Shown here piece by piece: positions 17,864 through 26,613 of a stretch of DNA of 64,000 nt; position 1 is the stretch's first letter, and every line of letters begins with the position of its first letter. The notes under the pieces were generated by a model. That model was given only the letters and a program-made list of their open reading frames with translations, was not told where the DNA came from and did not search any database. The stretch is from a virus (lineage: Duplodnaviria; Caudoviricetes): IMG/VR virus record IMGVR_UViG_3300032218_002851, positions 25,858 through 89,857 of that record; one strand, given 5' to 3'. The position numbers were made by a program, and so were the translations under genes.

Positions 17864-18037
17864 TCAATCGATGATAATATCAGTAATCTTTCGATCACGA
17901 AATATATAATAACTGTTAACTAGATCATGATTGATTCAAATACATTCATTGCCAGGTCAAATCTCATAGTCTTCGATGTTGTTTTTACGCAGATCTTCAA
18001 TGACCTTCAAGATATTAAATTCATTGTAATCTTGCAT
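17864..18037 (-). pseudogene. small gene interrupted by two in-frame TGA codons
   Basis: MQDYNEFNILKVIEDLRKNNIEDYEI*PGNECI*INHDLVNSYYIFRDRKITDIIID*; protein-like across both stops; AGGA RBS. Confidence 0.4.
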
Positions 18038-18140
18038 TTTCCTAACTCCAGTTCGTTGACTTCAAGTGTATATTACATCCATAACCTAGATTTGTAAATT
18101 ACAACGGTAAAAGATGTATAGAATGTCCTGGTCTAGAATG

Positions 18141-18168
18141 AAAAAGAGGCAGACTAATGTCTGCCTCT
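18141..18168 (-). terminator. intrinsic terminator downstream of pqqA
   Basis: AGAGGCAGAC / GTCTGCCTCT 10-bp stem followed by a T tract on the minus strand. Confidence 0.8.
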
Positions 18169-18194
18169 CATTTATCGAAAGTTTGTGCTAAATC

Positions 18195-18269
18195 TCACCG
18201 AAATGAGACATAAGCGGTGATTTCGAAACCATTGCGAAGGTCTTGAAAAGAAGGTGTAGTCCACTGCAT
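18195..18269 (-). CDS. pqqA: PqqA, pyrroloquinoline quinone precursor peptide (24 aa)
   Basis: Not in ORF track; MQWTTPSFQDLRNGFEITAYVSFR matches the PqqA pattern W-x-x-P-x-F-x-D-L-R-x-G-F-E-x-T-x-Y with the ExxxY core; AAGGAGA RBS; TAAATA at 18294-18299. Confidence 0.88.
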   Translation of the reverse strand: MQWTTPSFQDLRNGFEITAYVSFR

Positions 18270-18395
18270 GTTAGTTCTCCTTAAATGCACTATTATTTAC
18301 CGTTGCTCTTCAGATAAGCCAACACTATCATCACGGACACGAGTTTTGAATACCACATTAGGCACAATTTCAGTTGTCATCTTTTTCTTCTTGAT

Positions 18396-18677
18396 TTATC
18401 GATTTATGCCATTGATCATTTTGCGCAAATCTGTTGAACTCAGCGGTCTGTACTCATGAAACCGAGAAGGCTTGCCGAGCATCACATAGTTTTGAACATC
18501 AATTTTGCTCATATAACACCACGGTGTAAAATCTGGTTCAATAACTTCTCCAGATTCATCTAATACCAAATAGTGTCGTATACTAAATCCTTCAGTTGGT
18601 CCGCTTTTTTCTCTAGGTCTATAAGAATAATTTCCAACTCGAAATCGAACCGCAGGCAATTTATCAATTTTCTTCAT
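18396..18677 (-). CDS. hypothetical protein
   Basis: ORF track; ATGA overlap with the upstream gene. Confidence 0.65.
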   Translation of the reverse strand: MKKIDKLPAVRFRVGNYSYRPREKSGPTEGFSIRHYLVLDESGEVIEPDFTPWCYMSKIDVQNYVMLGKPSRFHEYRPLSSTDLRKMINGINR

Positions 18678-18871
18678 TTTATCTGTATGGTATAATCCAA
18701 GCCGCGCACACGAGTGCTAGCAATATTACATTTTGGAATTAAGCTATCAATTAAACTTAACACGATATTTTGATCATTTTCATCTAAGAGCTTGAGAGTC
18801 CGAAGGTTTCGCAATGTAGTTCGCACTGTTGCAGTTGCCCGATTGTTACCAATAGTAATCGTCAGATTCAT
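18674..18871 (-). CDS. hypothetical protein
   Basis: ORF track; AAGGAGA RBS; TTGACA promoter near 18926-18931. Confidence 0.65.
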   Translation of the reverse strand: MNLTITIGNNRATATVRTTLRNLRTLKLLDENDQNIVLSLIDSLIPKCNIASTRVRGLDYTIQIK

Positions 18872-18987
18872 GGTCAGTCTCCTTAGTTGATGTTAGAAAT
18901 TAATTCTAGATGATTAGAATAGCTTTGTCAACTCTGACTCAGCCAACTGTGCGACAGACGCCGCACAGTTATTTATTATGGATATGA

Positions 18988-19083
18988 TTATCCGATTAGT
19001 TTGACTACATTATGCATGTAGAAAGCCATTGCAGCAATGTCGATAAAAATAATCGAAATTAATGATGGGTTAAGCTTGTTCAT
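18988..19083 (-). CDS. 31-aa hydrophobic peptide
   Basis: MNKLNPSLISIIFIDIAAMAFYMHNVVKLIG; AAGGAGA RBS. Confidence 0.5.
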   Translation of the reverse strand: MNKLNPSLISIIFIDIAAMAFYMHNVVKLIG

Positions 19084-19097
19084 TTTATTCTCCTTTA

Positions 19098-19328
19098 TTA
19101 TTTGGTTTTGTCAGCTTTATTGGTTGTTGGAAACCACTGTTCAGTAATTGAGTCAGTAGTATACTTGCATAGATCCACGGCGTTGTTAACCAACATCTTG
19201 GCGAATGCTGTTTGGGCATCGATAAAAGCATTTGCTGCTTTGTTCAGTGTCTTGTCAGTGAAAACACGATTAGTCACTATTTTTTTAGTATCTTGGAAAG
19301 TGTCAATGAAAAACTCAGGTGTAAACAT
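19098..19328 (-). CDS. small helical protein, possibly phasin-like
   Basis: AAGGAGA RBS; amphipathic FIDAQTAFAKML helix. Confidence 0.6.
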   Translation of the reverse strand: MFTPEFFIDTFQDTKKIVTNRVFTDKTLNKAANAFIDAQTAFAKMLVNNAVDLCKYTTDSITEQWFPTTNKADKTK

Positions 19329-19480
19329 AACTATCTCCTTTTTTTTCTAATATAACTTTATTTATACAAATTATATGTTGCAGTGCAAAATAATACTAGT
19401 GTTTTGGAGAAAAATATATTTCTAAATTATATGGCTAAATATTGTCACATCCATTCAATCAATCAGACAGGAGATCAATC

Positions 19481-19846
19481 ATGGAAAATATTTTAGGTGT
19501 CATTTTTTCGTTGGCAATATTATTGTTAGCTTATATTTTGTATAGCTTTATTGCCAATCGTCTAACACAAGAACAATCAATCACCACACCAACAGAATCT
19601 GTAGTAACAGATGAGATACTTGAAGTATCTCAGCTTGAGACTGAAGTAAAACCAGCAGAAGAAGTTGTAGCTGAGTCTGTTGTAGAGAAACCCAAAGAAA
19701 TTCTAGTTGTAAAGGCTGCCAAGCCTAAGAAGACTAAGGTAATTGAACCTAAGAAGGAAAAAACTACCAAGACTTCCAAAGCACCTGTCACTAAAGCAAA
19801 ACAAACAGCCAATGCTAAAAGCAAAAAGAAATCAGACAATACCTAA
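19481..19846 (+). CDS. membrane-anchored protein with acidic then Lys-rich tail
   Basis: AGGAGA RBS before ATG 19481; N-terminal TM segment; E-rich then K-rich low-complexity region. Confidence 0.7.
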   Translation: MENILGVIFSLAILLLAYILYSFIANRLTQEQSITTPTESVVTDEILEVSQLETEVKPAEEVVAESVVEKPKEILVVKAAKPKKTKVIEPKKEKTTKTSKAPVTKAKQTANAKSKKKSDNT

Positions 19847-20863
19847 TTGTTCTGCACGCCTAGCTAGTTCTGCACTAGCTAGGTTCTTGCACTTACTTTC
19901 GGCTTGAATGTCAAACTCTGGCAAAAAACTCAAAGCCCAATCGTTTACTGCAGTGTTCCAATAGAAATCTGAATGCGCTCGCAGTTTGCTTTTACTAAAG
20001 CCATTGTTTAACAGAATTGTGTGGTCAGGCATCACATTTGTCTCATGATTTACCAGTACATCTTCACGACTTACGCTGTAATGCATGGCAGGACGTACAC
20101 CACGCCAGCTGTCTAGCACACGCTTAACTCGATTGTCATCGGGTTGAATGTATTCACCTTCTCGAATCCAATTATGATGAATATCTAGCACAATAGGCAA
20201 TAGATCAGACAGTGACAAACATTCTTCTAGTCCGTGACTCATTTCTTCATTTTCAATAGTGATGCAGTTGCGAGCCTCGGGCGAGAGTCTGGCATATGCT
20301 GTGCGAATACCTTCAGCACCTGCTCGGCCTGCAATATGCACGTTGATCTTAAAGTCTTGAAATGTCTTGCCATAGCCCATCCACCGAACCATGTTAGCGT
20401 GATATTCAAAATCTTCGATGCTGCGTTCTACAATTGCTGGTGTTTCGGATGCCAGCACTACAAATTGTCCAGGGTGAAAACTAAGACGTACATCATTAAC
20501 GCGAGCGATCTCACCAATTTCAGCAAAACCATGCTCACAATGAGCAATTACATCTGCACGTTGCCAGAAATATCGCCAGTCTGGATGCGTGTACATTGGC
20601 AGAAGATCACTGCCGATACGCATCATACGAAGATGCGACGGATTCTCGCCGACTAGTTTTACTAGCTTAAGAGTAACCGTGATATTTTCGGTCATTAAAT
20701 TCCATAGCTTTTGTTCAGCAATGTCTCGTTTTTGGCGAGACAACCAAGCTACGGTAGTTGAGCCAGTATTCAGTCCTTCCTTAGATTGAATACCTTTTTT
20801 AGGATGGCGTTCTACAAATTTGCAGCAGAAGCCGATTCGAGGAATGCGTTTTAGTGTAGTCAT
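19832..20863 (-). CDS. uvsE: UV damage endonuclease UvsE/UVDE
   Basis: RIGFCCK, MMRIGSDLLP, RLSFHPGQF, INVHIAG, ITIENEE, LDIHH, RPAMHYS, RAHSD motifs. Confidence 0.92.
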   Translation of the reverse strand: MTTLKRIPRIGFCCKFVERHPKKGIQSKEGLNTGSTTVAWLSRQKRDIAEQKLWNLMTENITVTLKLVKLVGENPSHLRMMRIGSDLLPMYTHPDWRYFWQRADVIAHCEHGFAEIGEIARVNDVRLSFHPGQFVVLASETPAIVERSIEDFEYHANMVRWMGYGKTFQDFKINVHIAGRAGAEGIRTAYARLSPEARNCITIENEEMSHGLEECLSLSDLLPIVLDIHHNWIREGEYIQPDDNRVKRVLDSWRGVRPAMHYSVSREDVLVNHETNVMPDHTILLNNGFSKSKLRAHSDFYWNTAVNDWALSFLPEFDIQAESKCKNLASAELARRAEQLGIV

Positions 20864-20907
20864 GCTGTTATGATAACATCATATAACCACACTGTCAACC
20901 TTTTTGG

Positions 20908-22170
20908 TTAATCAATGATACCAAAATTAGCCCAACGGGCAAGACCTAAACTTACCCAACCAATAGGCCCTCCTAAATTAGGATTACTGTTGAATACAAT
21001 TGCACCATTGGGAGCATCGTAGTTGGGCGGAATGGCACTACTACTTACCATGGTGTCACCGATCTTTATAGCATTGACTGCGATATTACCATCTGGGGTA
21101 CAAACAATGTTGTCTCGATTATTGCTACCCAATACTAAATTACTGCTACGCTGAGCAGCGATACGGGCAGTGTTCTGCTTTTGCTTACCGATAGCCAGTT
21201 CAACTTCTTCGTCCCAAATGCTCAACGCAGTGACAGGATCCATTGTATTCACGCCTACTCGATTTTTAGTAACATACAACGTCTCGCTGAGTAGATTTTC
21301 ACCCTGCGTTTGCAAATCTCTTAACATGCCAACAGATTGTAGATTACTATCGACGATGCCGTATGACAATTTCCTACCTTCTATTAGAGGTGAACCGTTG
21401 ACAATAAGATTATTGACTTCAATGCCTTCATTTTTAATACGATCAAACACACTCACTTGAAACGTATCAATAATCTCAGGCCCCATAATCTGTTTGACTC
21501 TGGCAGCAGAATCTCTTATCAAATCTTGAAATGCGCCACAAGATTCAGGAATTTTTCCTTTTATCAGCAAATCGCCGTCAATCACTACATCGCCTTTTAC
21601 TTCAATTCTTGAAGAATACAGCGTTTCTTCAAATACTACTCCTTGATCTAATATCGTCATTTTGCACGAATTTGCACGATCATCTATTCCAGAACTGCTG
21701 AAATTTTTAATTATGCCACCGTTGATATTATTTCCACTAATGACAAACCCTTCTTTGTTGATCGCAGACCCTGGAATATAGTTGTCTGGAAAAAAACTTT
21801 TGTTTATGCTGGATAAAAATGTTCCGATATGATCTCTAGCGATTCCTTTGACATCGATCGAGGTCAACATATTGTGTAGGGTTTTTTCTATCCTTTCGCG
21901 AGCTAGGGTATTCATTTGATCAACGATTACTAAAGACGCATTTTCTACTTTAGCATCAAACTTAGAAGGATCTGGCGCGAACTCATGAATACGCTGATCC
22001 ACTCGATTTATTATTGTTCGGAATATTAAATCTGGTGTTACTAGTTCAGATATTCTCTGAGCAACTATGTCATTGATACTATTTTGTACTTGATCTCTAA
22101 CTCTCGCTGTGACTTCTGTAGTCAACTCTCTTACTAGGGTATCAAAACTCTCATTTGTTGGCATTCTCAA
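20908..22170 (-). CDS. hypothetical, probably virion structural protein
   Basis: 420-aa ORF; helical N-half and beta-rich C-half ending in a GWV...W.NFG tail-fibre-like motif. Confidence 0.6.
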   Translation of the reverse strand: MRMPTNESFDTLVRELTTEVTARVRDQVQNSINDIVAQRISELVTPDLIFRTIINRVDQRIHEFAPDPSKFDAKVENASLVIVDQMNTLARERIEKTLHNMLTSIDVKGIARDHIGTFLSSINKSFFPDNYIPGSAINKEGFVISGNNINGGIIKNFSSSGIDDRANSCKMTILDQGVVFEETLYSSRIEVKGDVVIDGDLLIKGKIPESCGAFQDLIRDSAARVKQIMGPEIIDTFQVSVFDRIKNEGIEVNNLIVNGSPLIEGRKLSYGIVDSNLQSVGMLRDLQTQGENLLSETLYVTKNRVGVNTMDPVTALSIWDEEVELAIGKQKQNTARIAAQRSSNLVLGSNNRDNIVCTPDGNIAVNAIKIGDTMVSSSAIPPNYDAPNGAIVFNSNPNLGGPIGWVSLGLARWANFGIID

Positions 22171-22897
22171 ATCTCATGGTTATAACATGTTCGTAATTCT
22201 TACGACACAGACCTTTATACATGAGGTTTTTATGTACTAAAAATCCACTGGCTCCAGCATCACTGCTAAACTTAGCCAATTGTTTGAAATACATCGCTCG
22301 TCTATCAAAAGGTCCATGCACAGTTAACGAATCGTCTGGATCTATCTGGTATATCTTGCTTTTCCAAGCATTTCTATCAGAGATACTCCAATCATGTGAT
22401 TCAAGAAACACAGTAGTCAAATCCTTACTTTTAATGTTTATAGGAAAACTAAATTCTCGGTCTCGATAATCTTGATTTTTGTAATCTCTAAGTGTAGTTA
22501 TCACATATTCACATGACAGATCAGAAATTTCTTTCACAAGTTGTCTTTGATCTTCGTCAGATTGAGCATAAGTAAAAAATTCATCTGCAGCTACTACCAC
22601 ATCAAATTGTTTATGGTAACGAGCTAGATCAGAGCGGTTAAGTCTAACGCACTGCACATTTTTAGATTCTAGATAAGCGTAAGTTTCATCATCTATGTCA
22701 GTGATGAATTTTCTACCGACATATTCAGCAAATACAAAACTGCTGAAACCTATAAAAAGAATGTTAGTAGGATCTAATTCATAAAAATCAGAAATATCAT
22801 TTAATATTTCTTGTTTTTTAGATAGGATTTCTTCGCCACGCTGATTAGAAATATAAGCTTGGACGTTTAGTCGTGATATTTGTTGGAATATAGACAT
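22151..22897 (-). CDS. class I SAM-dependent methyltransferase-like protein (degenerate motif I)
   Basis: ILFIG...FDVVVAADEFFTY...YVITTLRD topology; TAAATA at 22905-22910. Confidence 0.45.
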   Translation of the reverse strand: MSIFQQISRLNVQAYISNQRGEEILSKKQEILNDISDFYELDPTNILFIGFSSFVFAEYVGRKFITDIDDETYAYLESKNVQCVRLNRSDLARYHKQFDVVVAADEFFTYAQSDEDQRQLVKEISDLSCEYVITTLRDYKNQDYRDREFSFPINIKSKDLTTVFLESHDWSISDRNAWKSKIYQIDPDDSLTVHGPFDRRAMYFKQLAKFSSDAGASGFLVHKNLMYKGLCRKNYEHVITMRFENANK

Positions 22898-23001
22898 AGT
22901 AGAGTATTTATATACAGCTTGCCTAAATCTAATTCCTAGCCGTTTTGCATAAATATTTGTATAATAATAACAATAACCTACAATATCAATAAGGAGCTAG
23001 C

Positions 23002-23283
23002 ATGGCAGATTTTTTCAAGCTAGTCGCAGAGGTGGGTTTTCCTATCGCCGCGTCTATAGCTGCGGGCTATTTCGTTTTTCTTACTATGAAATTCATACTG
23101 GCTGGAGTTACATCCAGCGTAAAAGGCATGGCAGGCATCATCACCGCTTTGGATAATCGAGTTAAAACTATGAACCACGATGTCATAAGAATCGATACAG
23201 TGGTCAGTAATGCACTCGGACTAAGGCCAGATGTAGAACGTATAGCTAGAGCTGATGGTAAATCAGACGCTAGAAGAGATTGA
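23002..23283 (+). CDS. small membrane protein, paralog A
   Basis: AAGGAG RBS; VGFPIAA TM segment then LDNRVKTMNHDVIRID. Confidence 0.75.
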   Translation: MADFFKLVAEVGFPIAASIAAGYFVFLTMKFILAGVTSSVKGMAGIITALDNRVKTMNHDVIRIDTVVSNALGLRPDVERIARADGKSDARRD

Positions 23284-23310
23284 TTTTTAAAAAAATATTA
23301 GGTAAATCAA

Positions 23311-23472
23311 ATGAAAAACGAAGACTGTGTTATTCAACTTCATAATATCGCTCGACTAATAGACGCTGAATATGGTTCTGGCGATAAAAGCCAAGGTGGA
23401 CAATTGGCACCGGACATCAGAGCTGTTGCAGACAAACTAGCAGCCCTAATAAAAAAAAGTGAAGATAGTTAA
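23311..23472 (+). CDS. small hypothetical protein (53 aa)
   Basis: Manual translation MKNEDCVIQLHNIARLIDAEYGSG...ADKLAALIKKSEDS. Confidence 0.6.
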   Translation: MKNEDCVIQLHNIARLIDAEYGSGDKSQGGQLAPDIRAVADKLAALIKKSEDS

Positions 23473-23678
23473 TGATGTATATAGATTACCTGTGGGATCT
23501 AACACCCGCTGGTTTAATAATTGATAAAGAATTAAACACTAAAAAAATAGGTTGGAATCCAGGTGACTATTTTTGTTTGGTAGTTGATCAAGATGGACAG
23601 CAACGACTTGCTCGCCTTAACGTATTAGAAAATTTTTTGATTGATGGCGTATTAAAAAAAGATAACAACAAAGATTAA
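23472..23678 (+). CDS. hypothetical protein
   Basis: ORF track; TAATG coupling. Confidence 0.65.
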   Translation: MMYIDYLWDLTPAGLIIDKELNTKKIGWNPGDYFCLVVDQDGQQRLARLNVLENFLIDGVLKKDNNKD

Positions 23679-23699
23679 AGATGAATTCAGGAGCTAGAA

Positions 23700-23843
23700 A
23701 TGATTTTAAAAAAAGAAGGTGTACCCCTCCACACTAAAACTTGGCTGATCCGACAACCATTATGGTACGACCGAGATCTGTTGGCTTGTTCACTTATAAG
23801 TCTGACTGTTGGAATTATAGTGGGTGTCATGTATGGGCTCTGA
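23700..23843 (+). CDS. small membrane protein (47 aa)
   Basis: MILKKEGVPLHTKTWLIRQPLWYDRDLLACSLISLTVGIIVGVMYGL; AGGAG RBS. Confidence 0.55.
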   Translation: MILKKEGVPLHTKTWLIRQPLWYDRDLLACSLISLTVGIIVGVMYGL

Positions 23844-24156
23844 ACTTGCAGATTTAATAAACAAATACGGTTTTCCTATTGTAGCTGCTGGTGGAATGGC
23901 TTATTTTGTATTTTTCACATGGGAATGGGCGACAAAAGAAATAAAACCAGTATTAAGCGAAGCTAATTCTATTCTAATTGCGTTAATAGATAGAATCAGA
24001 ATGTTGGATAACGATCTTATTCGACTTAACCAAAAAGTAAACACCGTGTTGCATTTACGAGGTAAAACTATCGAATATGAACGAGTCCAAGCTGAGAAGA
24101 AAATCAATACTATTCATACAGAAGAAGATGCTGAAGCTGGTGCAGGCAGTTCGTAG
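23833..24156 (+). CDS. small membrane protein, paralog B
   Basis: YGFPIVAA TM segment then LIDRIRMLDNDLIRLN, similar to paralog A. Confidence 0.75.
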   Translation: MGSELADLINKYGFPIVAAGGMAYFVFFTWEWATKEIKPVLSEANSILIALIDRIRMLDNDLIRLNQKVNTVLHLRGKTIEYERVQAEKKINTIHTEEDAEAGAGSS

Positions 24157-24162
24157 GAGTCA

Positions 24163-24384
24163 ATGATGAATAAAAATAACATAATGCAGCCTTATTGTAA
24201 AGTTGAGAAATGGAAAGGCGATGAACATATAGCGATTAGCTGTAACGGAGAAAATTTTTTAATCGAGACACCAGAAGGACCAAGAATTATCTTCATTGGA
24301 GATTGGACAATGGGGCCTGGACCTGATGGAGAATTTTGGGTAGTTCCTGAAGATATATTTCAAAACAAATACAGTTTTTACTGA
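24163..24384 (+). CDS. PGDYG-like hypothetical protein
   Basis: GDWTMGPGPDGEFWVVPEDIFQNKY pattern; AGGAG RBS. Confidence 0.55.
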   Translation: MMNKNNIMQPYCKVEKWKGDEHIAISCNGENFLIETPEGPRIIFIGDWTMGPGPDGEFWVVPEDIFQNKYSFY

Positions 24385-24575
24385 TTATTTTTCTTAGGTT
24401 TAAAATTTTTCCCTGAATCCCACACATCAATGTATGAACCTTTTGGCAGGTCAGGTTCTTGCAATGCTCCCATTGCTTGTATCATTGCTTTGACTGGTTT
24501 GTAACGCTGGGTAGTTAAAACTTTATTATCGCTAGGTTTAATCTGTTTATTATTGTCAAAATCTTTAAATCTCAT
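24378..24575 (-). CDS. small hypothetical protein
   Basis: ORF track; ATGA overlap with the cyclase; MRFKDF N-terminal motif. Confidence 0.6.
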   Translation of the reverse strand: MRFKDFDNNKQIKPSDNKVLTTQRYKPVKAMIQAMGALQEPDLPKGSYIDVWDSGKNFKPKKNNQ

Positions 24576-25591
24576 TTACTTGTTGCCCTATACGTTCCGT
24601 CCCAATCTTCTGGTTTACCTTCTTCCATACGTTCAATCATCGCTTCATAATACTTCTTCATTTCTTTATTTGTTTTAGAAAGCTTCTTCGCTATATTGAT
24701 AGCTTCAGCCCAGCTACCTGCATAGTATTCTGAAAGGAATTTCTCTTGCATTGGTTCTTCCCCAAGAGTATATATCTTAACTCCCAACTTCTTACCTTTG
24801 ACGGCAATACAATCTAACTCTACTACTTTGAATTCGTCTTTGACTTGTTCCGCTGTAATTGGCCCCAATATAATTCGAACTCCATACGGTTTGGATTGAC
24901 CTTCCAACCTTGAAGCAAGATTGACAGAATCGCCGAGACAGGTATAATCAAAACGCTGAACGCTACCCATATTGCCAACGACAACAGTCCCAGTGTTAAT
25001 ACCCAAACCCATTCCAAAAGCAGGAATACCTTCAGGCTCAATTTGTCGATTAAATTCATCAAGACTCTCCATCATTTGTATTGCTGTTCTTACTGCATTT
25101 TTGGCGTGTTGTGGATCGTCTAAAGGAGCATTCCAAAATGCCATCTGAGCGTCACCAATATACTTGTCAAGCGTACCATTGTTCTCAATAATCTTCTCTG
25201 TCATCGCCGTCATATATCGATTCATAATAGAGGTTAGACCTTGAACGTCTGCGCCATAATGCTCAGAGATCGCAGTAAACCCACGAACGTCTGTAAACAT
25301 AATAGACAATTCTTTAGATTCACCACCGAGCTTCAATAGATCTGGATTCTTCTGTAGTTTCTCTACTAGTGCTGGACTTAAATATGTACCAAACTGCTTC
25401 TTTATTTGCAGTTTTTGATTCAATTCGGTTATAAAACGCACAATATTGATATGCAAAGACACCAATATCACCGCAATGGTAGGAAGTGTAATATCTAACA
25501 GCATTCGGTATTCGTGATATGCATATCTAGACCCACTGTATAACGCTGCCACGAACAGTACAGGCAATATATAACTCAAATGCTTGTTCAT
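24572..25591 (-). CDS. class III adenylate cyclase with two N-terminal TM helices
   Basis: MFTDVRGFT, LDKYIGDAQMAFW, FDYTCLGDSVNLASRLE; start moved to ATG 25591 (GGAGG RBS, ATGA overlap). Confidence 0.9.
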   Translation of the reverse strand: MNKHLSYILPVLFVAALYSGSRYAYHEYRMLLDITLPTIAVILVSLHINIVRFITELNQKLQIKKQFGTYLSPALVEKLQKNPDLLKLGGESKELSIMFTDVRGFTAISEHYGADVQGLTSIMNRYMTAMTEKIIENNGTLDKYIGDAQMAFWNAPLDDPQHAKNAVRTAIQMMESLDEFNRQIEPEGIPAFGMGLGINTGTVVVGNMGSVQRFDYTCLGDSVNLASRLEGQSKPYGVRIILGPITAEQVKDEFKVVELDCIAVKGKKLGVKIYTLGEEPMQEKFLSEYYAGSWAEAINIAKKLSKTNKEMKKYYEAMIERMEEGKPEDWDGTYRATSK

Positions 25592-26598
25592 CGACGCCTC
25601 CATACTGCAAAAAATACTAACAACAGTCCCATAACTAGCATGGCTAGTATTTCTGCACCATCTGCCCAATCAGGACGTTTTATATTAGATCCTGCGATCA
25701 TGGTAGAAATCACAGCAGCTTGTAAATCCTGTGGCCATACACTACCTACTGCTGTTGGAACTGGATTGGATATGCCAGCCGCACTAACGCCTACAATTAC
25801 AACTGCACCTTCAAAGTTTTCTAATAAGTCAACTGCTGATACAGATTGAGCACGCTGACTCCAGTCGATCCATACACGCCCTAAGTTGTCAGTAGCTATT
25901 GGACCAAACTTAGGTATACGCATTTTTTCCACGCCAAGTGCATTTAGTTTAACTTGGAAGGTAGTATCGCCGGCAGCAGCACGTAGAGCTTCCATTGCTA
26001 ATGAAGGATATAGTTTCTTATCTACGGTGGCAATCAATGGTGCTCTACGAACAACGCCATCAACTTCTGGTAATGTATTAACGGTTCCTACACCGTATGC
26101 TCGATCTTCTAATAAGGATACATTAGATATGAGTCCTGGATATTCTATTATGCGATCAAGAAACTCTGGCCCCATCACTGCGCTACCCGGCACATGCGCT
26201 TTGTTTTTGCTTTTTTCTGCGGGCATGTTAGCAAGCACCACTGGATTTTCATCTAGTACAGCAGCTAACGCTTTATCGCCGCCTTGACGATCTGTTTCAG
26301 GCATCATAACGTCCCATACTACTAATCCAGCTTTTCGGGCGTAGAGATCGCTGATTAGATCGGCGTATATTTCTCGATTAAAAGGCCACTGTCCATATTT
26401 GTCCAGTGTTGCTTCGTCTATGTTGATTGTGAATATATTTGTTGGTTTAGAGGGTTCACTGGTTATCAATGTGTCAAAATAACGCAGTCTTACTGATTCA
26501 ACAAAGTTTGGATCTGCGATTCTAACTGATAATACTATGCCTAGTGTTGCTAGTGCTAGCCAAGGACTTACTAAAATTTTCAATAGTATTTTTTTCAT
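25588..26598 (-). CDS. CHASE2 periplasmic sensor protein (cyclase domain encoded separately)
   Basis: INIDEATLDKYGQWPFNR, EVDGVVRRAPL, LYPSLAMEALR, GRVWIDW, PTAVG motifs; TM helices at both ends. Confidence 0.88.
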   Translation of the reverse strand: MKKILLKILVSPWLALATLGIVLSVRIADPNFVESVRLRYFDTLITSEPSKPTNIFTINIDEATLDKYGQWPFNREIYADLISDLYARKAGLVVWDVMMPETDRQGGDKALAAVLDENPVVLANMPAEKSKNKAHVPGSAVMGPEFLDRIIEYPGLISNVSLLEDRAYGVGTVNTLPEVDGVVRRAPLIATVDKKLYPSLAMEALRAAAGDTTFQVKLNALGVEKMRIPKFGPIATDNLGRVWIDWSQRAQSVSAVDLLENFEGAVVIVGVSAAGISNPVPTAVGSVWPQDLQAAVISTMIAGSNIKRPDWADGAEILAMLVMGLLLVFFAVWRRR

Positions 26599-26613
26599 CT
26601 ATACTATTTATTG

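Noticed and set aside
25592-25669. Track start of the cyclase at 25669
   Set aside because: It lies inside the CHASE2 gene; ATG 25591 has a GGAGG RBS and an ATGA overlap
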